A DNA stretch of 63,266 nt, the filler included, from Craspedostauros australis (lineage: Eukaryota): the NCBI GenBank assembly GCA_030167865.1. It is 9 parts of 9 records of this genome, joined end to end, with 100 filler letters (N's around TTAATTAATTAA, not from the genome) between each part and the next. Parts side by side here need not be neighbours in the genome. Positions count along the whole stretch, not along the records: positions 19,155 to 42,608 come from JALAGF010003965.1; positions 42,709 to 45,962 come from JALAGF010003966.1; 7 more parts are not named here. One strand, written 5' to 3'. Both the position numbers and the translations under genes were made by a program. Positions 32,487 through 45,088 of the stretch are shown here, piece after piece. The notes under the pieces were generated by a model that was not told the origin of the DNA, did no database searches, and saw only the letters and a program-made list of their open reading frames with translations. How positions within the stretch are numbered: position 1 is the stretch's first letter; each line of letters opens with the position of its first letter.

Positions 32487-34137
32487 GATGAGTGGTTGAG
32501 CACACACAACGGATGCAGGCATCACCGTGACTATGGGCAGTGGATAGCAAGCGGATTACTCATGGAATGGAGCACAACGGTGGTTCCGCAAGTGCTCACT
32601 TGGGCACAAACAAACGTTGGCGTTCTCTACGATCTGCGATGCTCTCTGGAAGCGACATTGGCATTGACAGGAGGAGATCGGCTTGGCAATCGCACACAGA
32701 CATGCACGTAACACTGTAACAACCGACTCGTTTCGCATCGCATTGGTACTACGAACATATTACAACCCTCTCCGTTCAAAGCCCACGAAAACAGACGCAG
32801 CCATAGTATCGAAACAATTAATCCGCTTGGCTCTCAAACACAGTAGTCCGTCTGCACTATACTCGTACAGACAGCTGTATGATTGAATGAAACTGGTGTG
32901 CGTCAACGAATAATCGGCGCATGCGCAAGAGTGGGACGGCGACACGAGAGAAGTTCGAAATGTTGTGAGTGGGTGAGCTGTGTGCAGCAATGGTAGAACT
33001 CAGTGAGATATCATGCAACCAACCAACCAACCGATCAACCAAGACACGCTCCATCTCCTCTTGCTTCGGGGTATGTTTTTAGAAAAAGTTTAATGACTGT
33101 TGACATCAAGAATTATCTGATCGATGTTACCCGGGAACTACTCCGGCAACCAGGAATTCATCAGTAGCCAAGCGTCAAGAAGGTGTCGTCATTAGCAAGC
33201 AGACTTCTCTACTCTGCACGAGAAGGGAGTCTTTGTGCATGGTATTACTGCGTGGTAGGAGCGCGATGGGAATGTCTCGCTCGGTTGATTGGTTGGGTGG
33301 ATGGTGCGCATGGCTTTCATTCTTTTCATCAACAATGGTGAACACCTTGTGCTTCTACTGGAAACGTACCTCGTCAAGTTCAAAGATCCTGCGAATCAGT
33401 ACCACGGATTGATTGCATTGCATTGCGTTGCGGCTGATGGCGACGAAGTCATCGTCTCGAATCCTGCGGCCCATGCGTGTGCGTCATGACCAACCCTGAA
33501 TGCCATTCGGCCAAGGGCGCAGTTTCGTGCCCAGCAGAGGGCTCATCGTCGATTGCACCATTCAATGCACAAGGCGCGTACGTTGTGACTCTTAACGCAA
33601 GTCATCATCGTGAGCTCCTTCGCAAAGCCGGGCACGGTGCCGCAATGGTGGCGGAGACGGCGATGGCGATGGCGATGGCGGTTGTGATGATTTGTGTCTG
33701 TTGCTGTCATCGTGGACGTCCATGAGAAGATCCATCCCCACGATCTGTTCTCTTGTGCGGGCGAAACTGGACTGGCCAACACAAGACAGGATCGGAATTG
33801 GTTGGTTGCCATGGCCTTCCACGTGGAAACTACCGCCGACGCAAGAATGGATCGAATAAATCGAATGCGACACATGTTTGCGTTCACTTTTTGTGCATTC
33901 CCGTGATCGCGGCAGCAAACCACGTTTGCCACACGTTTGCTGTCCAGCCCACGGTTCTCCGTCGTTCCACACGTGTTCTTCACCATCGTTGTTGCTGTTG
34001 CTGCCGATGACATGGCTTCCTCTTCGCTCCCACTCTTCACTCGGCCCTGCTCCACTCCACCCACAACGTGGCACACAAGAGGCTTCACAAAAACTGCATC
34101 TGCATTGCACGAGTCTGAAGACTACAAACAACGAAAG

Positions 34138-35603
34138 ATGATGTTCCGATTGCTCGCCGTTTTCGTTCTCGCCAGCACAACACCGGCATTCGCGTGGGTC
34201 AACCCCAGTGTCTTGATTTCCTCCACTGCACGCAGCAGCAGCAGCACAGCCATGCCAGCTGCCTCCTTGGTTGACTTCAGCAAGTACGAGGGACTCGGCA
34301 ACGACTTCATCCTCGTCGATGATCGTGACAAGGACGAGCCAAGCCTCACGCCGGACGACTCCGTCTCGCTGTGCCACAGGAACTTTGGAATCGGCGGCGA
34401 TGGCGTCATCTTTGCTCTCAAGGCGCCCACCGAGGATCACGACTTCACAATGAGGATCTACAATTCCGATGGCAGCGAACCAGAGATGTGCGGCAACGGC
34501 ATCCGATGCTTCGCCCAGTTCCTCAAGGATCTTGGTGCCGATGGTGCGTTCAGTCTCGCGGTGTCTCTGGTTTTCTTTTGGTGTTTTTGTGTATGAATGG
34601 AATCGGCGTGCTCATGTTGGATCATCGGCAGATGATGAATGACAGATATTGGAACAGAAATGGAAGAAACCACTGCTCGACTCTGCGAGTACGTATGGAC
34701 TCTTGGAAAGATCCGATGGTGATGGGGGATATGAATGAAGTTGTGCAGACTTGTATTCAATCGCATGTTGGCTGCTTGAGACGGCACGACGCGATGCGAT
34801 GCGATGCAATAGAATGTGATGGGAACGTCACACTGCGACACACTGGTGGAGTACTGTGCTTTGAATTCCACAGATGGACATTCCCCGACTTCACGACTTA
34901 CGGACGCTTGCTTCTGCAATTCATTCTGCGCACAAACGCACGCACCCGTTGGGCTGAAACATGGTACTCTCATTATCACCCAATTGTATTCCTCATGTTC
35001 ACGCCCACGCCCACAGCCGAGTCCTACCGCGTCAACACCCTCGCCGGCACCATCATCCCCGTCATGAACGACGATGGCACCATCACGGTCGACATGGGCA
35101 ACCCAGAGCTCATCGGCGCCAACGTCCCAACCACGCTGGCATCCAACTTCGATGGCGATTCCGTCGTCGAACAGACCATGGAATGCAACGGCAAGACGTG
35201 GAAGGTCAGCGCCGTCAGCATGGGCAACCCGCACGCTGTCATCTTCGTGGATGATCTCGAGACCGACATCGACTTCGCAAGCGACGGACCGGCCCTCGAA
35301 TCCGCCGACGTCTTCCCGGCCCGCACCAACGTCGAGTTCGTGCAGGTCATGGACGAGACGCATCTCAAGATGAAGGTCTGGGAGCGCGGTGCCGGGCCCA
35401 CTCTGGCCTGCGGCACGGGCGCCTGCGCGTTGACGATCGCCGCCATTCGCGCGGGGAAGATTCCGGGAGGCAACAAGGTTCGCGTCACTCTGCCTGGCGG
35501 CGATCTCTTCATCGAGTGGGACGAATCCACCAACAAGGTGTACATGACAGGACCAGCCGATTTTTCATTCTCTGGCAAGGCTGCTGTCAAGAAGCTTCCA
35601 TAG
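34138..35603 (+). CDS. dapF: Diaminopimelate epimerase, plastid-targeted; exons 34138-34543 and 35017-35603, 330 aa
   Basis: [40 protein letters not shown] and [17 protein letters not shown]. Signal peptide ending AFA-W. Phase-1 intron GTGCGT...ACAG (34544-35016). Confidence 0.96.
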
Positions 35604-36145
35604 AGTAGATTCCTGGCACATGCTATACGAATGGATGAGAATGGGGGAGCCACTGCAGCAGCGCATCATGTCATGCCATGCCATGCCATGAAAGCAAACT
35701 CTGCTCTCACTCTGTTGTGCCGTGCATTGCTCGGTCATAGCGCTGTTTACCATAAACCAAGTAGCTATGTCACGAGCCCAATGAAGACGTAGAACACTAA
35801 GACTGTGACACCTCTCAGACGCTGCCCACACTGACTGTACTGTGTGTGAATCCCAGCCGACCGCAACATTGTATGTACGTATGCATGACCAGTTCTATTT
35901 TTACCATTGCATTAACCGCATTGTGCGCTTATCCAATGATAATAGTATTTAATGTGCGCTACGATACGCGTATTGTTCGCATATCTTCCATTTCTGCGCT
36001 TCCGCGACCGCACTAACGAAGCATGCGTATCATGCTCTCCTCGTGATAGTACAGTACAGTACAGCCAGACAACCTCCACCCACTCAAATCTATGGTTCCA
36101 TCCCATTCCATGTGGCACATCATCACGCCCTTCCCGTCTCGCCAT

Positions 36146-37360
36146 TTATTGGACTAAAGGAACATCATCGTACAATTGATGGAACGGCACGTTCATCACG
36201 AAATGTTTGGCATCCAAAGGCGAGGTGAGCTTGCCGTCGTGTAAGAGATGCTGCGTGGCCTGTTCCGGGTCCACGAGATGGCCAAACACAGCTCGCTTCC
36301 TCTGCTCCGATTGGACGTTGGGAAGGAAAGCGATCTTGTCGCGCGTGTCCCTCGCCAGGAAAGGGTAGACGAGTTTGTAGCCGACACGCAGCCACAGCGA
36401 CGGTTCCATCAGGATGAGCTTGGCGAGACGTTCGGGATAGGTTCGCGACATCATCTTCGTCATGATGTCATGCAAGTGATGCGGCGGCGAGTTGGCCGAA
36501 TTGTACTGCCTGAAATTGAAAATGACGAGGAGCTTCTCCTGCTTTCCCAGGGAGAGGAACTCGTTGACCGCCAAGCCGCGCTCCGCGATGTAGATGTTGG
36601 CGTAGAGGTAAGCCTGCGGATTGGTTTCTTCCGTCCGCGCTGTTCGGGTGTGCTTGTACAGAATCGCGCTGTGCTCCTTGCTGTGGCCACGCACGACCAT
36701 CTCCTGCTTGTTCGTCAACTCGTCGAGGATCATGTCCTTGAGTTCCTCCATCGTGATGAACGATCCATCCTTCTCGTGCTTCAGGTTCGTCTTCGTGGAT
36801 GCGAATGGAAAGTCCTCGAAGGGCGCGATGCAGGATCGGATGCTTTCCATATCGTACTCCAGTCTGTACTGCAGCGCCTCCTTGATGGCCGCGAGGGTCT
36901 TATTGCACTTCTTGCCTTCTCCGATGTAATGTCGCCGACATTCCCTCAGTGCCATTGCATGTTGGGCCCTCTGCATGTACTCATCCGACATCCCATGATC
37001 GTACTTGGTCATCCACCAGTACGCGTAGGATGCGCATGCCGCACCTTCCAATTCTTCAGATGTGAGCTTTGTGAGGACGTTCTACTTGATGTGATGCGTT
37101 TGGATGAAGTTGAACGGAATGAATGTGAGTGAGTCTGGAAGCCGTATTATTTGCAATGTAATATGTTATACAAAGAGGAGACGACGCAAAGGAACAACCT
37201 TGCTCACAGCTTTGCATCTGACAAGTCATCGCCTCTATGATGACAATTCACTGACCTCGCATGCCCGCTTCTCCTGGTCGTTCGCAAATGGGGTATCATC
37301 GCAGCCGTTCAGGACGGCCTTGAATCCTACCATCAGTTGCTTTGGTTCTTGTGCGAGCAT
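36146..37360 (-). CDS. CRAL-TRIO (Sec14-like) lipid-binding domain protein; exons 37360-37256 and 37081-36146
   Basis: VRGHSKEHSAIL, LLVIFNF and YPERLAKLILMEPSLWLRVGYKLVYPFLARDTRDKI. Phase-0 intron GTCAGT...TAG (37255-37082). Confidence 0.85.
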
Positions 37361-38303
37361 TTTGTTCTGTCGTCGGAATAGTTGATTGCTGGATGAGTGC
37401 TGGCTGGTTCTTGATGTTGTTATCAGTGTTGTTGTTGATGTTGTTATCGGTTTTGGCTTTGGCTTGTTCGATTTTATGAGCAGCTCATGTGCGAGTACGA
37501 GAATGACGCGCTTCGGGTCTTGCAGTCGTACTTGTGCTGATTGGATGTTCGTTGGAAGGTGATGTGATGTGATGTGTTGTGTTGTAATGATGCAAAGGAA
37601 GACAAACAACGTAGAAGACCTCCGCTTCATGTCTGTTTTGGCAAGATCCAAAGCAAATGAACAGGGTCTCCAAAGTGAGGACCCTTTCCAAGCAACAGGA
37701 GACGGCTTTGAGTGCAGATAGCGCCCACCGAAGAGCCGGCTGGTCCCGATGGTGATGTGGGCGCATCATGGTTTGTTCCGTCGAAGAGAGATGATGCGTC
37801 TCGACATCCATCTCCTCTCACACGCGCGACTTATTGGCGTTGCGTCTTCCATTTTGTTCTCGGAACAGGGCGAAACGAGTCGTGCGCTTCATGGGAACAA
37901 CAAAAACGGGATTCGTCGGAAGCCTCTCTCTGTTCCATGAAGGATCAGTTGGTCAAGCGAGTCGTGGGGCCAATCGACCATCTCGATTCAGATCTCACGA
38001 TTCTCCCTTTTCGTCGCATCTCCATCCACGTTACGGGACAAATCCAGCAACGTGATCAGGCGTGCCTTTGGCGACGAGCTCATCCACCAGAAAGAGAAAG
38101 AGAGAAAGAGGATTGACAATGATGATGTCTGCCCGCTGCCTGCCAGCCCAACCAACACACGCACCCTGGCCAACATTGGTATTCTACGAGCTACGAGCGA
38201 CGAGTATGATGCTCCACAAGTAGAGATTGCGCCAAGCCCAGTCATCAGATCCAAAGCCATACTGCAATACTACCTACTCGTCCATGCTACTGTTACGTTA
38301 GAA

Positions 38304-39764
38304 ATGGCACGAAAGAAGAAGACAACGACGACGATGAAGGCGGCTCAGAGCACGATAGCCAAGGTTGAATACGATGACTATGAGACGTATTCTGCTGGTG
38401 TTGTGAGGAAGAAGAAAATTGGCGCCAACGATGCTCAAAGGTCAGCAAAGAGTGGTGGAGCTGGTCCAGCAGACGTGAATGGCGCCAATGCTCCGAAATC
38501 TCGCCCAAACGTGATTGTTCCGGATGATGAAGATGCTGGTGCGAGGCCATCATCAGTGTTGGCATCATCACCATCATCATTGGTAGAATCGCAACCACCT
38601 GCCAATAGTGCCACGCTCATCATAGACGGTTCCAACGGCCCCATCAGCATGAACAAGAAGCTCTTCAGGAACCCAAATCTCGATTTCACATCTGCCATCT
38701 CGTTGTTGCAGGTCGTCAACGGCGAGACGTCCAAAAAGGCGAACCGTTTGAACCTCATTCCCGCGTTGGATGATCAGGATGTCTTTCCGACCGTCAGGAT
38801 CATCTTTGATGGGGTGGGCAAGAAGGTGGCCGCTGCCAAGAAGTGGACCTCCGACGCCACGCGTGTCTGCGTCGAGATCACGGACATTCGCGATGAGGCT
38901 GACAACATCATCGTCCATGAAGTCAAGCGATTGCAGCGTCGCCAGCAGCAGCAGGAGGAGCAGGAGAATGGTGATGTTGCGACAGACAACGATGGCCGCA
39001 ACGATGGCAAGGGAGATACAGATGATGGCAAGGGAGATATAGATGATGGCGATGTCGAAGCTGCAGCCGACGATGCTGTTCAAGGCACAGATGGTGCAGT
39101 TCCAGAGCAAGAGGGAGACAAGAATGGAGACAACAACAAGGATTATGACAAAGGCAGCAACACCGTGGCCACACCTCCCACTGATGACGGTGATGTGGTA
39201 AGCGGGCATGCGGATTCAGAGGTTGATGCGAACAATAACGGCAATGGCAACTGCAATGACAACTGCAGTGACAACTGCAGTGACAACGATGGCATAGCCC
39301 CAACGCAGCATCATCAACATCAACAGCAACAAACAACACCTGCTCAGATCGAACATACCGTGATGACCGAACCCTCCAATGTCCAATCGATGATGCAATG
39401 GACGAAGGCCAACGTGGATGCCAAATCGACCACCTGTAATGAGATGTTTCGAGTCCTTCGCACGTCAGAGGGTGCCGGTAAGAAGCGCCAGCTGCTCAAG
39501 CCGTTGCATCTTCTTCGGCCCAAGTCCGGATGCTGCATTTTCGCCCTTAACGCAGGATTGTTGAAATCGGGGCACCGTAACGGTCACCAGCTGCAGAACT
39601 GCGACAAGATCATCAAGGTGGAGAAGATCATCCTGGAGGATGCATCTGATTTGGTGGTCGCAGTGACAGATGATGTCTTCCTGAGAGAACGGGTGCTGGA
39701 GGCCGATGGATTTGTGATGAGCTTCGAGCAGCTTTGGGCATTCTTGGACAGTTCAAAAGCTTGA
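38304..39764 (+). CDS. NYN/PIN-fold (YacP/Rae1-like) nuclease domain split by a long acidic insertion
   Basis: LIIDGSN, IIFDG, DEADNII and, much further on, VAVTDDVFLRERV..ADGFVMS match the four acidic NYN_YacP motifs in order. Confidence 0.68.
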   Translation: MARKKKTTTTMKAAQSTIAKVEYDDYETYSAGVVRKKKIGANDAQRSAKSGGAGPADVNGANAPKSRPNVIVPDDEDAGARPSSVLASSPSSLVESQPPANSATLIIDGSNGPISMNKKLFRNPNLDFTSAISLLQVVNGETSKKANRLNLIPALDDQDVFPTVRIIFDGVGKKVAAAKKWTSDATRVCVEITDIRDEADNIIVHEVKRLQRRQQQQEEQENGDVATDNDGRNDGKGDTDDGKGDIDDGDVEAAADDAVQGTDGAVPEQEGDKNGDNNKDYDKGSNTVATPPTDDGDVVSGHADSEVDANNNGNGNCNDNCSDNCSDNDGIAPTQHHQHQQQQTTPAQIEHTVMTEPSNVQSMMQWTKANVDAKSTTCNEMFRVLRTSEGAGKKRQLLKPLHLLRPKSGCCIFALNAGLLKSGHRNGHQLQNCDKIIKVEKIILEDASDLVVAVTDDVFLRERVLEADGFVMSFEQLWAFLDSSKA

Positions 39765-42608
39765 GGCGCACGTCGTTGAGCAGGATGGACGGTACCTATG
39801 TACCATACGCACACGTCTCTGCAACCGAACTCTCTGACTTGCTCATATCTCAGCGGTGACAGTGGTGGTGGTGGTGGTGGTGGTGGTGTGGGGTAGCGAC
39901 TTCAACTCTGCATGATGCGTGGAGGTTGTGGATCACAGGGATCGGATGATGGCATTGGAGACTCTTGGACGTGATTCCTCATCTCAACCAACGTGCATCT
40001 CGCTATCCATTCCTCTCCTTCCTGATGATCCACCCTCCTGCCTTCGCTGCACAAGGATGGCACGACGCTACTGCCGCTACGCCACCAGCACTGCTTTTAT
40101 CGCCATCGGGGTTGCCGCGAGTGTCCACAGAAGTGCCAACACCAAGATGGGCATGACGAAGTGCTGTATCAAAGATCATGTAATCCGAATCGTTGGTCGA
40201 ACGAGAAAGCTGATTTCCTTTCCTTCCCTTCCAGCATTGTCCACACGATGGATTGTCTGATAGCAAGGGTACTGCCAGCTGCTCTCCCGGAGGCTGATGC
40301 CCCTCAGGATAGCTGCACACGCAATAATGAACATTTGGCAGTGAGGGTGTTCCCGGTTGCGGCCCTTCGTTGCCGTTCATGCCCTCAACGCTCCACCACC
40401 AAGCATCTTCAACAAGAAAGCAAGAACTGACAATCACGAGTCTCTAAAAGTCATGGCACTCACCCCAGTCTTGCTTCATGCATCCATCACCAAGCAGGGC
40501 GAAATATACAGTTCAGGTAGTACAAAGTTGAATCGACTTGTTCTCCGATGAACACAAATGAGAATCAGAGGCCAGCCAAGATTTCGATCATCCGGGCTTT
40601 CGGAGAGAGCGGTAGCGGCAGCGATCTTACCATCGATCTCGGAACAGGGAGTGCCAGTCGCCAATCGCTAGGCGCCAACCACCACCGCCACTACAGCCGT
40701 CTCTGCAGAAAGGAAAGGTTCTATTTCGACCACCAAGATTAATGCCACGGAGGATGGCTTGGGCAGGTATGGCTTTGTACTTTTCTGGGTGCTATCACGC
40801 CAAAGGATCGTGATTTGAACGCAGAAGAAGATCTGAAGCGCAATATCTTAGACAGCAACTGCGGAAAGGCAAGCCAAACAACTTCTGCATGTCCCTTCCC
40901 CTGACATCTCCACAACCCAAGAGTGATGGGGAGATGCTACACGACAACATCTGGTGAGGGCGATGCACGCGCCCAAGACCAACCTTGCAAATGAGCTCGC
41001 GTGGGCGATTTATCATGATGGTCTGTCTCAACTATCCCTCGTGACGGCGAAGCTCTCCAGCCCAGACATGACCCCATGCCCAACCATCCCAAGATTGCGC
41101 AACATCTCTGCCACGAAGCGGCACCTCCAACATGGCAAAGAAGGATGGACGTAGTGGCGGACTACGATCTACTCGTACCACACAGTATTGTTCCTACTCT
41201 ATTCTATTAGTTGCAACGCGTGGCGCGAGCACACCCATGGCATCCAGAATGGCGATTTGTCAAACGTCAGTAATCGTCGTGTGGAGTCGGCAGAAGTCTT
41301 CAACCGCCCGCATTGCGCACAGGAAACGCTTTCATCCACACTCAAACGACGCTTGGGCAAAAGGTGACGAGACTGCGAACTGCAATCTCAGTGTTGACAT
41401 TGATTCTCATTGTTGCAGTTGCGTTAATTGTGAAGGTAAGACCTGGATTGTGCTAGTGCGAAACTGGATAATTCTTATCCTCCGGCGATGTCCATTGACC
41501 AATCTGCGTTTGTCCCAAACTTGGTAACTGCAATTGCCCTGAAAACGCCTTTGATTCGCTTCGAGACATCGCGCTAAGGTGTCGTCGCGACCTCTGCCAA
41601 CAAGAGGAGAGTATAGCATGTATCATGCGATACTCTCTCGTTTGCACCAACTCTCTCTGCTCGTAGCTCGTATTCAGCGCATCCGAACCTAGCTCTCTCT
41701 GTCTCTGGAACGAGAGTACCATACCTGTATGCCGCTCGTGCCCGCATGTGACTACTCTTATAGGCCGCTTTGGCGTAATGCGGAATGGCAGAGGCCAAGA
41801 CCGGTTTCTCTCTGCCCCGGAATGGAATGATGTGAATCGGATCTTCGGACCACGAACAGTGCGAAGGCAGATGATAACGGCAGTTGCTAGCAAGGCCTGC
41901 TTTTCTTTCTTGGTGACCGATACTCGCAGTATACAAACTTCTACACAATACGCTATAATTACGCATTGGGTACTACTACTGCTTGGACGAGAGTTTGCGA
42001 AGTAGGACAAAGCACCCTCGACATACCACACAGAGGCAGCGGCCAGGCAGGGGAGGAGGTGGGAGCAATGCTAGTGCCTCAAACAAACGGCTGTAGCCAA
42101 CGCCATTGGCGATTTTTGGCGATTTTTGGATCACGAAAAATGGTCTGTAGAATCTAGTACATTTTCTACGTAAGTCCCGAACGAAAACAGGCCAGAAACA
42201 GCATCAACCGTGGTCCAACTCTCCGCACTCAGCTCGTATGGGCCATCCTGTACTCATATTTAAGTTATAGTATCGAATAGTGTTTATATATACCATCCTT
42301 AAGTTTGGTGGCTGTTGCTCTCTTTCTCGGTGAGCACTGATGCCATCCATCAAGCACCCCCATCATTCACGGACGTTTTTTGGCTTCTGGTTGGCGTGTT
42401 TTCATGGTCGAGTTGTTCCAAAGAAGTGTCCCAACCGTCCATGACGTCATAATGACGCAAGCGTTGGAACCAGAATTGACCAAACTTGCCACCGAAATTG
42501 GGGATCCGAGTGGTCAAATATCAATCCGACCTCCATGGGAGCACTAAACGCAAGCATACCTCCATACCATCGCACTCAAACATAATATAGATCATATAGT
42601 TGTGACCG

Positions 42609-42708
42609 NNNNNNNNNNNNNNNNNNNNNNNNNNNNNNNNNNNNNNNNNNNNTTAATTAATTAANNNNNNNNNNNNNNNNNNNNNNNNNNNNNNNNNNNN
42701 NNNNNNNN
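42609..42708. other. Artificial contig linker
   Basis: Same pattern. Confidence 0.98.
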
Positions 42709-43942
42709 TGCGCCATGCTGCCGTCCGAGAGACGCAGGATGTCAATGACGAGGAAGGCCTTAGGTTGCTTAGAGGGCGAGCAGCTGTATGTGGTGGAGAA
42801 TATGACGTCGAGGGCCTGGATGACCTGGTTCTCCAGCTTGCGCGGGTCCATGCGCGTCGTGAAGAGGTTGGATCGTCTGGCGCGGTCGTCCATGCGGACG
42901 ATGACCTGCGTGCGGGAGCAGAAGGAGTTGGGCAATCCATTGAAGTCCATGTTGAGCGGGAAGTTGTCGATGAGTTCATAGCCCGTGAGCCTCTGGAACT
43001 CCTTGAAGCCTTCGTCAGTGAGAGCGCCCGGTTTGGCCTGCTTGTCGCTCATGTTGGCGAATATCTGCGACATCCTGATGCTATATTCTATTTGTACTGT
43101 CCTCTGCGATGCGCAATGTCATCGCATTTGGTTGTGTATTCAGTTGGCGTTGTTCCTGTTTTGGGTGTTGGAAATGGCAAGGGTGAAGCCGTCGATGAAT
43201 GGATGGTTGGATGGTTGGATGAATGGGTGGGTACGCAGATCGATGAATGAGCAAGTCGAGGTGCCAGCCGATGATGAACAGACGCACGCTGGTCTGAATG
43301 CTGTTTGATGTCGGTCGTCCAGTTTGATCGCTTGTGTGGAAAGAAGGCCTGCTCTTCTCCGATCGTCGGTTTCCTTGTGAGTGAGTGTCAAAGATCAAGC
43401 TCCTTTTCTTCACCAAATATGGCATCAACTGAAAAGAGATGGTGATCGTTGGCCAGCTGTCTTCGGATTTGTTGTGGCCTGGCTGATGGCACAAGAGGTG
43501 AGTGGATGGATGGGACCATGCAAGAGAGAGAGAGAAAGGTCAACGCAGTGCACTGATCCACGCATCGATGCATGAACTGGATCGGTGGAAATAGCCAAGA
43601 TGACGAATGGACCTGCCACTTGGCATCGACGAAGAGCACCTCGTTCCATACAAGTGCTCTTCTTGCATCGTCAACGGCGTCAGCGGCGCCAACGGCGTCA
43701 TAGTTGATCGGCCAAACACTCTCCCTTGCGAGGAAGTCGCCTTGATCTGTCCATTTGTTGGAGACGAACAAGTGAATTTTCTGAAACTTCGATCGTGATT
43801 TTGTGGCAGTGGGTGCGACACTTGTGTTGGACACGAAAACTGCAGCTTAACCGTCTGTCTCCAAGTGCGAAAAGTTCAGTAGGGCATTGTGCGCAAGCGA
43901 ACGGATATGTCGGAACGCACAAGCAGGGCGACGCTCCATTGT
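42709..43942 (-). repeat. Inverted copy of 19155-20388, including the 5' part of the 288-aa ORF (43073-42709)
   Basis: Reverse-complement identity as read from the sequence and the ORF track. Confidence 0.97.
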
Positions 43943-44270
43943 TTGGGGAGGAGTGTTGTCTGTTGTGCGCGAATTTTTCGCGCAACGGTGACAACCAAAT
44001 AGCGATTTTACGGACTATTATAATAGTCCGCGCGTTTTGCTTTTTTCGCTTGTGTTGGCTGGACTGTCCGATACTTGGATTAGTCATGGATAAATAAGAT
44101 GGTTTGACATTTGACTCATTAGACTACTTCACCATCAGTTTCGTGGGTTCGTGTTTCATTCTGTGGAGACACATTTGGATATTGAATATAACGGTGTATT
44201 GAAACTATTAACGGTTAGAGAGCAGGGCAGGCCACTCAACACGGAACACTTCAGCGTCTTCCTGTCGCTG

Positions 44271-44361
44271 TTCTGAATCAGGCAACTCATTCTGAATTCA
44301 GAATCAGAACTTCTGAAGTTCTGAATCCGTTCTGAATCCATTCTGAAAGTCTGAATGCTCT
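44271..44361. repeat. Cluster of TTCTGAA heptamers, transposon-subterminal-like
   Basis: Exact copies at 44271, 44290, 44311, 44319, 44330 and 44341, an inverted copy at 44297 and a variant at 44349. Confidence 0.8.
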
Positions 44362-45088
44362 TGCGGATGTAAGTCAAGTTCTTCACAAGATTGTCGTCAT
44401 TTGAAACATGGCGCATAACGTCTAATAACGCCTTCCTATCACGACAAGTTGGTAACACAACAGCCACCTCTTTGTTGTTTGCTGCCAAGCACCCACACGC
44501 AAATCATCGATAGCTACTCCATCGTCTCTATCGCTGTCGCTGGTACTATTTGTCAGGAATCGGGTGTTCTGAAACACCAAATTACCGCAACTCTCATGTA
44601 TGTGGAGTCGAGCATCATGAAACGATATATTACCGCATCACCCAATTTGGATTTTTGTGGCACCAAAATTGTGAGCTGCGCGTGTTTTTGAGGTGGAGAA
44701 CGCCACGTACCAAATGCGAACCGGATCGTGATGTTTGTGACCTCAATGCAGGAATGGGAGTCACACGTGTATGTCGCAGGGGGCGGTGATGTTGGACTTG
44801 TGACCAGCATCACGATACATGCGACTACGGCCCCCATGTCGCAACGAACATGAAAAGAGTATTCAGGACAGGCCGGCGTCACGAAGTGTGAGATGGCTTG
44901 TGAACGGGTCCCTGATGACGAACCAGTGAATGACCGGAGAAGGATCGGAGAGGACCAGAGATGTCCCAGGATGAGAAGCTGCAGGAGCACAGTCCGCGTG
45001 ACCCTTCCACCGAGAAGACGTATGTAGGACCAGTACTGAAAAAACAACGTAGAACGTGTACAAACCCTACCAGGAAAAACTCCAGACA

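Noticed and set aside
34632..34957. Box C (ATGATGA) and box D (CTGA) snoRNA in the dapF intron
   Set aside because: The boxes are more than 300 nt apart with no terminal stem or recognisable guide.
39900..42608. Possible decayed gene and TE terminus before the contig break
   Set aside because: Composition is suggestive, but no domain, TIR pair or target duplication could be identified by eye.
44272..44355. TTCTGAA cluster as heat-shock elements
   Set aside because: HSEs need TTCnnGAA spacing; these have a single base between TTC and GAA.
44868..44960. GGCCGGC...GGTCCCTGATGA...GGACC as an HDV or hammerhead ribozyme; GGTCACAAGTCC on the minus strand near 44800 as a twister
   Set aside because: There is no P1 partner or L3 motif for HDV, no GAAA or correctly placed NUH for a hammerhead, and no UAA or GAG elements for a twister.
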